Source: Glycera tridactyla
Lineage: Eukaryota
NCBI GenBank assembly: GCA_965644265.1
Contig: OZ286469.1
Span: 23,091,804-23,128,000 of the forward strand
Direction: 5' to 3'
Length of the DNA: 36,197 nucleotides
Shown: positions 11,956 to 24,873 of the stretch, one piece after another
Layout: each line of letters opens with the position of its first letter
How positions within the stretch are numbered: the stretch's first letter is position 1
Program-made: the position numbers and the translations under genes
The notes under the pieces: model-generated
The model's input: only the letters and a program-made list of their open reading frames with translations
Databases searched by the model: none
Told to the model about the DNA's origin: nothing

Positions 11956-13446
11956 AGACATTGGGCCAGTCATGCAGACAGACACAGCACATACGATGAC
12001 TCATGTGTCAGACACTTGGGCCAGTCATGCAGACAGACACAGCACATATGATGACTCATGTGTCAGACACTTGGGCCAGTCATGCAGACAGACACAGCAC
12101 ATACGATGACTCATGTGTCAGACACTTGGGCCAGTCATGCAGACAGACACAGCACATATGATGAGTCATGTGTCAGACACTTGGGCCAGTCATGCCGACA
12201 GAGACAGCACATATGATGACTCATGTGTCAGACACTTGGGCCAGCCATGCTGACAGACACAGCACATATGATGACTCATGTGTCAGACACTTGGGCCAGT
12301 CATGCTGACAGACTCAGCACATACGCTGACTCATGTGTTAGACACATGGGGCGGTCATGCTGACAGACACAGCATATACGCTGACTCATGTGTTAGACAT
12401 ATGGGGCGGTCATGCTGACAGACACAGCACATATGATGACTCATGTGTCAGACACTTGGGCCAATCATGCTGACAGACACAGCACATATGCTGATTCATG
12501 TGTTAGACACATGGGGTGGTCATGCTGACAGACACAGCACATACGCTGACTCATGTGTTAGACACATGGGGCGGTCATGCTGACAGACACAGCACATACG
12601 CTGACTCATGTGTTAGACACTTGGGATGGTCATGCTGACAGACACAGCACATATGATGACTCATGTGTCAGACACTTGGGCCCGTCATGCTGACAGACAC
12701 AGCACATACGCTGACTCATGTGTTAGACACATGGGGTGGTCATGCTGACAGACACAGCACATATGATGACTCATGTGTCAGACACTTGGGCCAATCATGC
12801 TGACAGACACAGCACATATGATGACTCATGTGTCAGACACTTGGGCCAATCATGCTGACAGACACAGCACATACGCTGACTCATGTGTTAGACACACGGG
12901 GCGGTCATGCTGACAGACACAGCACATACGCTGACTCATGTGTTAGACACACGGGATGGTCATGCTGACAGACACAGCACATACGCTGACTCATGTGTCA
13001 GACACTTGGGCCAATCATGCTGACAGACACAGCACATATGCTGACTCATGTGTTAGACACTTGGGCCAATCATGCTGACAGACACAGCACATACGCTGAC
13101 TCATGTGTCAGACACTTGGGATGGTCATGCTGACAGACACAGCACATACGCTGACTCATGTGTTAGACACATGGGGCGGTCATGCTGACAGACACAGCAC
13201 ATACGCTGACTCATGTGTTAGACACACGGGGCGGTCATGCTGACAGACACAGCACATACGCTGACTCATGTGTTAGATACTTGGGATGGTCATGCTGACA
13301 GACACAGCACATACGCTGACTCATGTGTTAGACACACGGGGCGGTCATGCTGACAGACACAGCACATATGCTGATTCATGTGTTAGACACATGGGGCGGT
13401 CATGCTGACAGACACAGCACATACGCTGACTCATGTGTTAGACACT
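11956..13446. repeat. 55-bp minisatellite, about 27 copies
   Basis: Unit AGACACTTGGGCCAGTCATGCAGACAGACACAGCACATATGATGACTCATGTGTC; GACACTTGGG at 12011, 12066, 12121. Confidence 0.98.
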
Positions 13447-13971
13447 CGTATCACAAGTTGGTTCCGTGAAAGCGCATTCAGGCTCATCATTGCTTCAATT
13501 TGGGCGGCGAGCTCGACAAAGTCCCCAACATCTATTAGTAGCAATCATGACGATGTTACAACGACGTGGTGTAATGCACGTAGCCCGTGCTAATGTATTA
13601 TGGTAGTAGTTAGCTCCTATTGTAAATGAATACGGAGAACATAAAATCCCGGCCTGCCTATCTGCGTGGTGATCTGACGGTCATGAGCTGCTATTCGTCT
13701 CCAATTGTGATGGTTAGTACTATCGCTCAGGGAAATGCCGCCATTCTCCTTCCATAACCATATCTTCCTCATAAAGAACAAACTTTCCCTCCACTTTCTG
13801 TATTCTGTATGACTCAGGAAAACTGGTTCGAGCATTCAGTTGTTTAGATTTCCCCGGGCAACACATCTCCTCTTAGGACAAGTCGAACCAGGGATAATAG
13901 GGAAAGGCGGTTATTTGCGATGTGGTCTATCTCACCTAATTCAGTAAAGCAAATGAGAATATGGCACATCA

Positions 13972-14330
13972 GATAGATTTCAGGGCACGAGCGAATTGAG
14001 ACTGCCCGTTGGAATTCACTCTATCCAACTAGATTTTGATTTGAACCATTGCTTCAGGGCGGAGAGTTTGCCTGTATTTGACATTTAGAGGTTGCTATGC
14101 ATATTTCTTTCAGGTAATTGCCCATTGTTGTGTAGTAGTGGAATGAATTATCTTTGAGGGTAGAACGAAGCAAAGTATCGACGGGAAAATGTTTTTCCTT
14201 CAAGGGTTTTCGGGGCCGGTGCTATCTGCTATTCCCAGCCCTAATTGGCTGTGATGACGCACATGAGCGTTGACCTTCAATGAGCTGTCCAGGAGAGGAC
14301 TATTTTTCAGAATCCGGCTGAAAAAGGATA
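13972..14330 (-). mobile_element. Possible decayed tyrosine-recombinase (Crypton-like) C-terminal remnant
   Basis: Minus-strand blocks in the expected order across a frameshift: TMGNYLKEIC (14128-14099), KYRQTLRPEAM (14079-14047), NGQSQFARALKSI (ending 13972). They resemble, from memory, the Crypton/DUF3504 pattern T+GN++K.I...A...YTNHSLR.T....SGH+S..SL+SY. The catalytic His and Tyr are not retained. Confidence 0.3.
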
Positions 14331-14331
14331 G

Positions 14332-14751
14332 GGTGCATCCAGTATATGGATGACATGAGTGAATGAGCAAGGTTGATGAGTTATGGTGCATTCAGCATAT
14401 GGATGACATGAGTGAATGAGCAAGGTTGATGAGTTATGGTGCATTCAGTATATGGATGACATGAGTGAATGAGCAAGGTTGATGAGTTATTGTGCATCCA
14501 GTATATGGATGACATGCGTGAATGAGCAAGGTTGATGAGTTATGGTGCATTCAGTATATGGATGACATGGGTGAATGAGCAAGGTTGATGAGTTATTGTG
14601 CATCCAGTATATGGATGACATGCGTGAATGAGCAAGGTTGATGAGTCATGGTGCATTCAGTATATGGATGACATGCGTGAATGAGCAAGGTTGATGAGTT
14701 ATGGTGCATCCAGTATATGGATGACATGCGTGAATGAGCAAGGTTGATGAG
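14332..14751. repeat. 53-bp minisatellite, about 8 copies
   Basis: Unit GCATCCAGTATATGGATGACATGAGTGAATGAGCAAGGTTGATGAGTTATGGT; period 53 (14341, 14394). Confidence 0.97.
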
Positions 14752-15539
14752 CGACACATATCAATGTGAATATGCAGCTCAAAGTGATGCCGACTCTGAT
14801 CAATTGTATGAACACCTGAGAGAATCGGCGGCTTCCCTGTTGCTGCTTGCACATTTTAACATTATAGAGCAATCCATATATCACTTCGAATTTGTTTCGT
14901 CTCAGGTTTTCGATAGTTGTACAGTGGACTTATATTCTTTGAGAAAGGAGATATATTTCACCGAATACATTTAAATAGCTTCATACCCATATACGGCACG
15001 TCCAGCAGCCATTCGATGTTCTCCAATATGCGCCGAGTCGGGGGGCCCCGCGAGATCCACCATTTGCCATCTCTCATGCTGGGTTTCTCCTGTGACTATT
15101 CCTACAAATGTCAGAGGTCATGATAGGATGCAAATGGCGGACACACTCATTGGTTGTCAAGCATGTGACCATGGTCAATACAATACCGGGGGGGGGGGGG
15201 GGGGTGGCTGGGTGGGAGGCGATAATTGACCGGACGATGAAGGGATGAATAGAGGTGTCGGTGATAGATGGTTGGAGGCGAGAGAGAATATACAGGCTAA
15301 AGCATCTCAACTTCGCCAATTATCCTGAGTTTGAATTGGTTTCTTTTTTGATTTCGATATGCGATTACCTTCTTCATGATGATATTTGAAGAGAAACCAT
15401 CATTGTTACATATTACTCCATGTGTCGCAAAAATTGTCGAGAGCATATTTCATTAATGTGCTCTATTTAGGGATATTTGGTCCGAACCAGTTGGCTAGAT
15501 TGGCATAGACAGGGATAGAGAGACAGGGTGGAAGGGGTA

Positions 15540-15742
15540 AACATACAGATAGGGTCGATAGGTAGGATGGATGAATGGATGGGTAGATAGGTGCATTGAA
15601 GATGGGTGGAAATTGGATGGCCGAAGGTAGGAGGAAGAAACGCGTAGTAGGTGGATGAACAGATTCATGGGGGTGAATGAATGGATGAGTGGATTGATGG
15701 ATGGGTGAATAGATGGTGAATGGATGGTTGGATTGATTGATG
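15540..15742. repeat. Degenerate (GGAT/GAAT/AGAT)n low-complexity tract
   Basis: Dense ggatggatgaatggat and gatagg motifs. Confidence 0.75.
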
Positions 15743-16559
15743 TATTTAAGCGTAATATACACACGCTAACGGTTTGCCGCTATGAGAGCAGTCAGGATTC
15801 AGAAAAGAAAGTGCGACTGGCACTTGCTTGCTCGCTTGAATAGCTTGACAATTTATGATAATACTTCGCATAGACCGCATGACGCCGACACAGGACCTAT
15901 ATGAACCTTGGCCATTTGACAGTACGGAGGAGAAAACACACCACCAACTCGAAAAATCCCACAGGCATCAGCAATATGCTAACGTACGTACACGGCTGCC
16001 ATAAAAGGAACATCAGAGGAAGACGTTTGCAACACTCATCTACTCCCGGCACACCGCGAAAGAAGTGTCAAGGGAATTTCCGAATCCGTGCCCGAAACTG
16101 TGGAACAGTGTCCCCAATAAATCAGTGAATGTGGCAGCATTGAGGACAGGTCATAGCAACCACTCATAAATGTCTATTTTCTTCTCTATTCTTACCTCTA
16201 TTTCTATCATATTCTAGCGTTTCTACTAAAAGTATATAGCATGGTTATGTATTAGCCATTCTACTGGCCAGCTCATCAGATAAGCGGCTTTTTGTATATA
16301 TGTAATCACGTTATTTCATTGGTGTAAGTTCGATTATCAATGTCTATATGTATACATCGAATTTGCCACTATTATTGTGAATAACTAGATGATCAATGCC
16401 ATGTATAAATTCATGTATGAATAGATTCAAGCAGCTTAAAATCGAGGAGGTTACCGACTCATGGCCAACGTCAAAAGCTTGGCGAGCTAATAGCAGTTTC
16501 TGTATATATGGTACTAGTATAAAAAATGATATTTGAATTGAATTGGATGGAATCTCGGC

Positions 16560-17140
16560 ATCGAGCAAATGAAATCCACTGTAACCATCTTTTCGGACCC
16601 AAAACATATTTTCGACACAATAGATCATGCAAAAACTATCAGAATATAGTGTTAAGAAGACATGCGGCAGGATGTAAATAACTTTATTCAGAAACGAATT
16701 TAGAAAAGAATGGTTGTCAGACTATTCGAGTAACATATGGGGTGAGATGAAAGTCATGTCAACTTGTTTGTCTGTTTCACGTGACGTCGCTCATGAATCT
16801 CTCTTGCGTCTTTTTTTTATTCAACTTATATCTAGATGATCTGCCACGTTAGCTGAGGCTTGCCGCATCAAAGTTGAACCCCGAGGGTGGCACATTGAGA
16901 TGTAGATGATACATCCATCAACATTACAACTTGCTCTCCAGGTTTTATGAATGGTGGTCTGAACGCCTTCCTCGATATTGTGACTTCTTCGATGAGAACC
17001 GATGAACCCCTACTTAATCTAAAGAGAACAAAGCTCATGGTTCTAGGAACACCAGACTTTCAGAATTGAATGATCTAAAGCTCAAATTGGGTGACGGAAA
17101 GTTTGAGCTGTTAGAGCATATGAGATATCTGTGTTTCAGA
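16560..17140 (+). mobile_element. Decayed LINE (CR1/L2-like) reverse transcriptase fragment
   Basis: Collinear motifs: IFSDPKHIFDTIDH (about 16587-16628), WLSDY, SVSRDVAHESLL (eroded GVPQGS block), LFNLYLDDL (about 16817-16843), VDDT (16902-16913), LLNLKRTKLMVLG, ELLEHMRYL. Confidence 0.8.
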
Positions 17141-18548
17141 TATCACTAGACCAGACCTGTGCGATGCACAGGTGAATTATGGCCGGTTCCCTATGTGGTA
17201 ATGAATCATATGTGTATAGTCAATCCTGCCCGAGAGACCACCTCTGTACAAAAGTCACCTGCCAACAGATGCAACCATGATAGTATTTTGTGCAGTTTGT
17301 CAGTACTCATCTGTCTGTTGACAGATAATTGTTCGAAACTCATCTGCAGGTACAAGAACATGGCCAGATCACCATAATAGTAGCTTTATCTGGTTGATGA
17401 GCCTATGATCTCGGGCTCCCATTTTCGCCATTGCTGCCCATTGATATATTGCCTTTGATGGGCCTCTGTTGACCATTGACCCATTGGAGATGGCTCATTT
17501 TTTATATTTATGATTCATGGGCCATATGGGTCCCCTAACCTGTCAGAACTAGGAGTGTACAAGGTTTATACGTCTACGAGGACAAGAACATGTGCACGTC
17601 AAGAAATTCTCATTTGGTGAATCTACTTCAGTTTCTATATGTGAGATAGAGAGCACTGAGCACTCTATTTTGAGCGTTCGACAGAACGACCTTCATTAGA
17701 AACAAATAGACCAGAGTGTTGTATATCCGAAAAGAATTTCCGTCATTGTGCGGCAGGAAAGTGAAATCACCACTTGTGTACATATCAAGAATCAGCAGAA
17801 TTGTATGTTGGGCCATTAAAAGTTTTGGAAGAATCAAGATTCCTGAAGGACTAGAATATACGTGAAATTTGGGTCGGGCAGGGTCATATCATATCATATA
17901 TAGTCATCTATATCATTTCGTTCATTCATCACCTCGATCTCATGAACACTCTTTCAAATATCCACCATCATCCTGCATTGTTTCGTATTCTATGTTGCTG
18001 TTAAGTTTATATCGCGTCACCCTCAGGTCGAAATACCTCGATTGTGCTCAATTGCTCCAACAAATGAAATGGAATCAAATCAAATCGAGTCAAGCTTCCG
18101 ACGTCTGTATCGAATCAGTTCTCCTTCATCTCTCACCTATCTATGCATCTATCCGACTGACCATTCACCATTCCATTGATGCATTCGTCCAGTGGTCTGT
18201 TTATCCATATCAAAAATGTACATGCTTCAAACCATCCACAACTGGGACGATTGCTGCACTTGCATCATCACTGTAGTGAGCAATCCGTTGACTTATTTGC
18301 ACCTAAATTAATGTATGAGATGATAAAGGTTGTGTAGCTATTTCCATTCACACATGTTCCTCATTACCTGGTGTTGAGGACATTCAGGTGAAGATATCTT
18401 CATCGTCACCACTGCACTGAAGCCCTCACATCTAGCAACCAACCAATACATCCTCTCAATATACATCAGATTGATGATTTCATTGATGATGTTCAGTCAA
18501 CTTTGCATAGGTCTCGATGCTCACGCGAATATATCGGGGAAATCGATG

Positions 18549-18606
18549 GTACATGGGACAGAGCAATGTTAAGTATGTACATGGGACAGAGCAATGTGAA
18601 GTATGT
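18549..18606. repeat. 28-bp tandem duplication (2 copies)
   Basis: GTACATGGGACAGAGCAATGT(T/G)AAGTAT at 18549 and 18577. Confidence 0.9.
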
Positions 18607-19329
18607 CCGTGGTATTGAGAGGAGGAGGTATGAAACTCTGATTGTTTCCTCCACTGGACAATGATGACCACGCTGTATTCACCATTGCTCGCTATATATC
18701 GCTGAGATCATTGATGAGTAGGACCTGAGTAAGAAGTTGGGGCTGCATGTGGCTTTTCCGGGTTGTTGGGGGGGGGGGGGGGGCTGGTGACGTCTGGGTA
18801 TGATATACTGTGATCGAATGACCGATATTTACAATCGATTTCCGCTGAGCATGATAGCTAGCTTATGTCCCAGTGTGCCGCCATTAGACCAGGGGTCGCA
18901 AAATGTCGAGGTGGATCAAGATATCATCCCAACCGAGAAAAACCTGTTGTTCCCGTCGCGCGCGCGTGTGTGTGTGTGTGAGGGGGGGGGGGGCAGTTAG
19001 CTGAAGTCTGGGAAATGTCTGAGAGAGTTGAGGTAGGTTAGATTCGAATCGTGACATTTAGTGGATGCTGTAAATCATGTTGTAATGCTAGTGTTGCCTT
19101 CTTAAGATTGACTGCTACCTTCTGTGCACAATGGTGAAATCACAATGGTTGTATTGTATTGTATATTTCTTTAATTCAATTCGTCGATTACAATTACCCA
19201 TACATGAGATGGGTGAAATGAATGGATGGATGATATGATGTCGGTGTATGGGAATGAAATACATATCTAATTTCTGTTTTGATGAAACTATATGACAAAA
19301 TACACATAAAATTGATCAATTGCTTGAGA

Positions 19330-19900
19330 GATAAAGTGTATTTTCAAGAAGTTCTCGTTCTATCATGACCAACTATTTAAGATCTTGATAAACTTTTAGT
19401 TATTCGTGTAGGCCTCGGTTTGTTGTGTAATTGGGGTATCATTTACATAGATGGTAAATAGTAGCCAAATTTGGTCTGACAACCATGATATGCATACAGG
19501 ATCAGTGCCATATTTGGATAGTTCCTTCAAAAGTGTCTCTTGGTCCACCATATTGAAAGCTTTCTTTAGCTGCAGGAAAGCCCCCCACCCCACTGGATCT
19601 CCGTTTTTCCATATTCGAAAATAAATTATCCAAGAATTCTGATACGTATGGAACAGTGGAGCACCCCTTCCTGAATCCCGACTGCTCCCGCCACAGCAGA
19701 CCATGGGATTCAAACTAGCCACTATTCAGAGATGAACTATTTTCTCAAGGAGTTAATTTGGCGGTCGATAACTCAACTTCATGGAGCGGTTGCCATCCAT
19801 AAATAACGGAAAGATGGTAGCGACTTTCCATGGAGACGGATAAATGCCACTAGATACACAAATGTTATAAATGTGAGTTAGAAGTTCGGCTGGAAAAATA
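19330..19900 (-). mobile_element. Decayed LINE (CR1/L2-like) reverse transcriptase fragment with internal deletion
   Basis: Minus translation LLTHIYNICVSSGIYPSPWKVATIFPLFMDGNRSMKLSYRP, then GAFLQLKKAFNMVDQETLLKELSKYG..W..LLFTIYVND.P..AYTNN (YADD position). Confidence 0.9.
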
Positions 19901-21235
19901 GCTTTCATACGGTCATGTTTCACCACTTCCAAAACAGAACTAGTTTCAGCTAGATATGCATGCAGTGCCTGCGACACCAGTCCCTGTTGGGTGTTCCCAG
20001 CATCCCTGAGATGCCAAAGTTCGCCAAAGTCTCACCATGTCTGCGAAAAAAGATCATGCCGGCACCTTGTATATGTCAAGATGGAGCTCCTCTCCAGCAT
20101 GTGAACCCCGTCTAGGGGCGTCCGAGTTTGCCACAGAGGGCCTTGAATTAGATAGAGATACATTGTCCAATAGGAGTCATATTGTTTGCTTGGTGTTTAG
20201 AGTTGGCCAACAGGTGGCCCAACAGTGGGAGAAGCATGATGATGAGGCAGGGGATATTATCCGAGAAATCAGCCAGAGGGGTGCACCTTGATCTTGGTAG
20301 AGCAACCTCTCCTACTTATCATCTTAGCCTCAGCTTTCAATGTTGGCACAATGTCAGCCAAAAGGCCCATTGCCGCTAGAGACTATTGTAGGTCTGGATC
20401 GGCGAATGGTGGGTGAAGGCTGGATGAAGATTGACCAATCATGTAGACCCCCCTTAAATGGATCTCCTCTTGCTCATCACTACTCTGCCATAGTGACAAT
20501 AATGACAATATCTATTGATCTCAAATGACATCAATACACGAGCCAAACATCTGGTCCCATGCTTCATTGTCACGCGATTCTGTACGCCACTTTCACAAAT
20601 GGATAACAAGAAGCAGTTCAATTAGCCGGCACAGTAAAAACCGCCTTGATAAATCAATTAGGTCTGGCATTATCAATTGCCTACTCAACAATCCATCATG
20701 GAGACCAACACGAAGATGAGCTCGTTGATATTGAGTGTGTCCTGAAATGAATTGATATCGGTTGGTTTCAATAGAAAACAGTGCTGAGCATGCGAGAATA
20801 TTGACGGGAATAGAGCCGTGGCGGGCCTGCTGCAGCCATCCGGCTCATCTTGGCATGCTTCTCATCGTCAAATGTCACGCTTGTTAGTCCACTGAAGAAG
20901 GCTGTAGTCACAAGCGGATAGTGGTAGGCCTGTGATAGGATGGGATTATCAGCAGCTTGCTGCCCTGAATGATGGGCACGATCATGATGAGATTGACACC
21001 AGTCGCTTGATGTAAGAGTAAGTTATGAAGGCAGCTGGCCTGCATGGTGACAGTAATGTTTCTTGGGCAGGGTGACACAATGTGCGTGTTAGCCTTTCAA
21101 TCTTGCAGTGCCTCGCACCACCTTCCATCATGTCAAAGCACGTGTATTCAGTTTATTTGCTAGCGCCCAATACTCATCTCTTCCCTGTCTCTCCTCATGT
21201 AAACCCGTCCATCCGACCTTACTTCCCAATGTCAG

Positions 21236-21312
21236 TCCATCCATCCATCCATCCATCCATCCATCCATCCATCCATCCATCCATCCATTCATCCATCCAT
21301 CCATCCATCCAT
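21236..21312. repeat. (CCAT)n microsatellite
   Basis: About 19 near-perfect CCAT units. Confidence 0.97.
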
Positions 21313-22006
21313 GCTTCTGTCAGTCTGACTGCCAACATGTCCCTAATCTGTCTGTCCACCAGCCTGTGTTTCTGATTAGTTGTCTATCTTTCTATCTGTC
21401 CTTCTGTCAATTTATTCGTCTGTCTGTCTGTCTGTCTCCGCGCCAAACTTCGTACATGCATACCAATTCAATTTCGGCTGAATGTTGTGTCTGACAGTTT
21501 GTCGATGTTTGTCAGTTGGACTTCAGTCTATCTGTCTGTTATGTAGTCTGTTTATATTTCAGTCTGACTGTTGATGTCAATGTGAATGCATTGTTAATCC
21601 GGGGTGGGGGGGGGGGGGGGCAACCCTGGGTAAGCAGGAGCGCCTGTGGTGATGAGCCCCCATGAAGGAGGGTGCTTGATGTTTGAGTCGTCACCTTCAA
21701 ACAAAGCCCATACTCTCGTCTAGCGGTGGCCACTACTAGAGTGGGCATGTCATTAGTGGAAGCTCTTGACCACCAGCATCTGTATAGACTGCGGGTCAAC
21801 GACACGACTGGCTTTTGACATCAACATGGATATACGGCAATCTAGTTATGTAAAAGCTCATTGTCTGCCTGGAATATCGGGATGCCGCAACTCTATGAGC
21901 CGGGCAGCTGACGTATGATGTAGTGGTAACATCTCCACACTTGACACGAATATAAAACAGTTGTGGCTGCAGGTAGTCCTGGGTGACCACGACTGAGGTG
22001 TGAGGA

Positions 22007-22073
22007 TGCGTATTCCACTATGGCCAAGTGCGTATTCCACTATGTTCAAGTGCGTATTCCACCATGGCCAAGT
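22007..22073. repeat. 22-bp tandem repeat, 3 copies
   Basis: TGCGTATTCCACTATGGCCAAG at 22007, 22029, 22051 with few substitutions. Confidence 0.92.
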
Positions 22074-22899
22074 ACGCAGCAGCACTGGGAAGATCAGGAC
22101 TTTCTGGCTCTGACAGTGGTCCTTGGCTGGGATCAGTCAGAACTGTATAACTAACAAACATTTTTGTTAGTGGAGTTGAGTGGACTCACATTGTTTTCAC
22201 AGATAGTATGGCAGCTGTATCTCGATTCAGTCCGCTGGCTGGGAAAGTATATCTGAACGTGCGGGATCCGATGATGGGATAGATGAAGATGGAGTAGAGT
22301 GAATGTATCAACATGTAACATTCTTACTATGCTTGTGATGCTTGTATCCATACAGTTGGCAATATCATAAAGCTCACAGCCAGGTCATGCTTCTCCTGCA
22401 GCCGAGGCATTCAGAATAAAACTAGGCCAGTAGGCCCAAACAGGGATGGCGTGAAAATGTAAGTGACAGAAACAGGGTAATCAATCAATCGATCACCCAT
22501 AGTTAGATATGCAATCATTAGATTCAGTTTGTTCATGCTGAGTAGGTAGAGATGTGTCTGACTCCACTCGACATCCTTTCAGTAGTCTCATCATCTGATG
22601 TTCAGGGTTCGTGTAAATGCCTGCAGGGAGGCAGAATATCTAGCTTCCATTGACCAGGAACACAGGCATATATAATCCTCTGGGATGATACATGCCATTA
22701 AACATCAATCAATCAATCAATCACCAAGCATCCTTCCCTTTGGCACACAGACCTAGTTTTGAGACTACCATCACCTCGCCGCCAGATGTCACTATGTGCG
22801 CATCTTGCAGTGAGTCAAAAAGCATTTGCTCGTTTAATCCACGTCTTATGGCCGTAGTGACGATGTGTGAAGAACCCTCCATCACTTTGATCACTTCTA

Positions 22900-23250
22900 A
22901 GCAAATATTGATGCTAGAAATATGACATTCATACCAAACTGCGAGGAACAAATGTGCAAACATGTAAGAATAGTCGTTTGTTCGATAAACTGAAAATGTC
23001 AACTCTTACCAGTGGCGTGAAGATGAGGCAACTGAACTGTACACACGCCATGTTTGGGAAACCCTGTGAAATGAAAGACTCATGATCACTACGGTTGTGA
23101 TTTCTCAGCAAATATCTGTGCTAGAAATATGACATTGGTACGAAACCGCGTGGAAGAAATATGCGATCATATAAATATAGATATTTATTCGATATATTGA
23201 ATACTACAACTCTTACCGGCATCGCGAACAGGTGAAGATGAGGCAAACTG
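22900..23250. repeat. Old diverged direct duplication (offset 207-216 bp)
   Basis: Shared blocks in the same order: GCAAATAT, TGCTAGAAATATGACATT (18 bp), TTCGATA, CAACTCTTACC (11 bp), GTGAAGATGAGGCAA (15 bp). Confidence 0.85.
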
Positions 23251-23828
23251 TTGATCTCGATCTAGACGTGTACGCGTGAGCATTCTGATGACCTAATTTA
23301 CAGCGCTGTCATTGGCTGTGAGACGCTTGTTTAGGGTTCCCCTAGCGGCGAGGCGAATTTCGTCAGCCAGGTTTGACATTCAACTGTTTTTCATGCTGTT
23401 TATGATTTTCATGACCTCGATTAGCTGGTGGTCACAGCAAGACTACATGCATGAATCTAATGTGTTTCACATTGATCCAGTGGTGTATTTACTGATGAAA
23501 GGCTTCATCAATTTTTCTGTGTGGGTTAGAGAGTATTTGGGCCAAAACATGTCAACAAAAAGCACATGTGACAAGCTGTACGAACAATTATTCGTTACTT
23601 ATTTAGAAAATCCCAACTTCGAAAGAGCAACTTTGAAACACTAGTTTCATTCTCACAATGGTCTACCTTGTTTCAATAGAACCATTGTTCAGAGACACAC
23701 TGCAGTGCATACATATATTTGTTGTTTCATAATGTCCCAGGATGTTGCAATCAATTCGAGATGTCATTTTCCATGATAGCTAGTGAATAAATGGAGATAT
23801 GCCACGGGAAACACAACTCTGCCCTGAC

Positions 23829-23938
23829 TATCAACATCACAACCACCACCACGAACAATATCACCAACATCGTCGCCATCACCCCAAACCCTGCCACCGC
23901 CACCGCCACCGATACTTCTACCACCAGCATCATCACTG
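23829..23938. repeat. ACC/ATC/GCC-rich low-complexity tract
   Basis: caccaccacc, gccaccgccaccgccacc, catcatcac; explains the poly-V and poly-G ORF artefacts. Confidence 0.7.
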
Positions 23939-24471
23939 AAAACATGGTTGACAACAGGGCTGACAATTGATATTAATATTGAACATTTGGCGAATATAGA
24001 GTTCTTCTCTTCATCCGACCAGTCTCTCATCCTACTTCCAATATAACACACATGGAATTCGATGATTGATCACCTGGGTATGATTGTCATGGCAGGTGCA
24101 TTGTCAGGTGCATTCAGCATAATAGCTGCGAAGAATATTGGCTTACGTGCAAATGATGGCGTCTGTTGGGTGTGCTGATGGTGGTGCATCAGTGCGCACC
24201 ATCAGACAGAGCCAGACATGGGCTTGGAGGAACATTAGTAGAATGCAAAATGGATGGATACTCCTGGGGGCATCTATTGAAGTGACGGAGATATCAATTG
24301 GATGAGTTCTGGAACTTGAAGTCAATCATATATTTCGTCTGTAATGTTATTTACAAAGGTCATGATTGGTGATCGGGGAGAGAAAGGTGAGGCAAGTGGC
24401 GCTCTTTATATCTGCAAAGCTGTGTAGTGGGAGGTCAGTACCCTTTGTCACACAGTAAGAGGTAGGTCTAC

Positions 24472-24873
24472 NNNNNNNNNNNNNNNNNNNNNNNNNNNNN
24501 NNNNNNNNNNNNNNNNNNNNNNNNNNNNNNNNNNNNNNNNNNNNNNNNNNNNNNNNNNNNNNNNNNNNNNNNNNNNNNNNNNNNNNNNNNNNNNNNNNNN
24601 NNNNNNNNNNNNNNNNNNNNNNNNNNNNNNNNNNNNNNNNNNNNNNNNNNNNNNNNNNNNNNNNNNNNNNNNNNNNNNNNNNNNNNNNNNNNNNNNNNNN
24701 NNNNNNNNNNNNNNNNNNNNNNNNNNNNNNNNNNNNNNNNNNNNNNNNNNNNNNNNNNNNNNNNNNNNNNNNNNNNNNNNNNNNNNNNNNNNNNNNNNNN
24801 NNNNNNNNNNNNNNNNNNNNNNNNNNNNNNNNNNNNNNNNNNNNNNNNNNNNNNNNNNNNNNNNNNNNNNNNN
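24472..24873. other. N-run (402 bases)
   Basis: Undetermined or masked bases. Confidence 1.

Noticed and set aside
15880-16150. PKLWNSVP motif suggesting a plus-strand LINE 3' end
   Set aside because: Single short motif without collinear upstream motifs.
23312-23644. 110-aa plus-strand ORF, and a minus-strand LIEVMKII...EIRLAARG peptide
   Set aside because: No recognisable domain. The minus frame has an in-frame TGA with no SECIS-like evidence.
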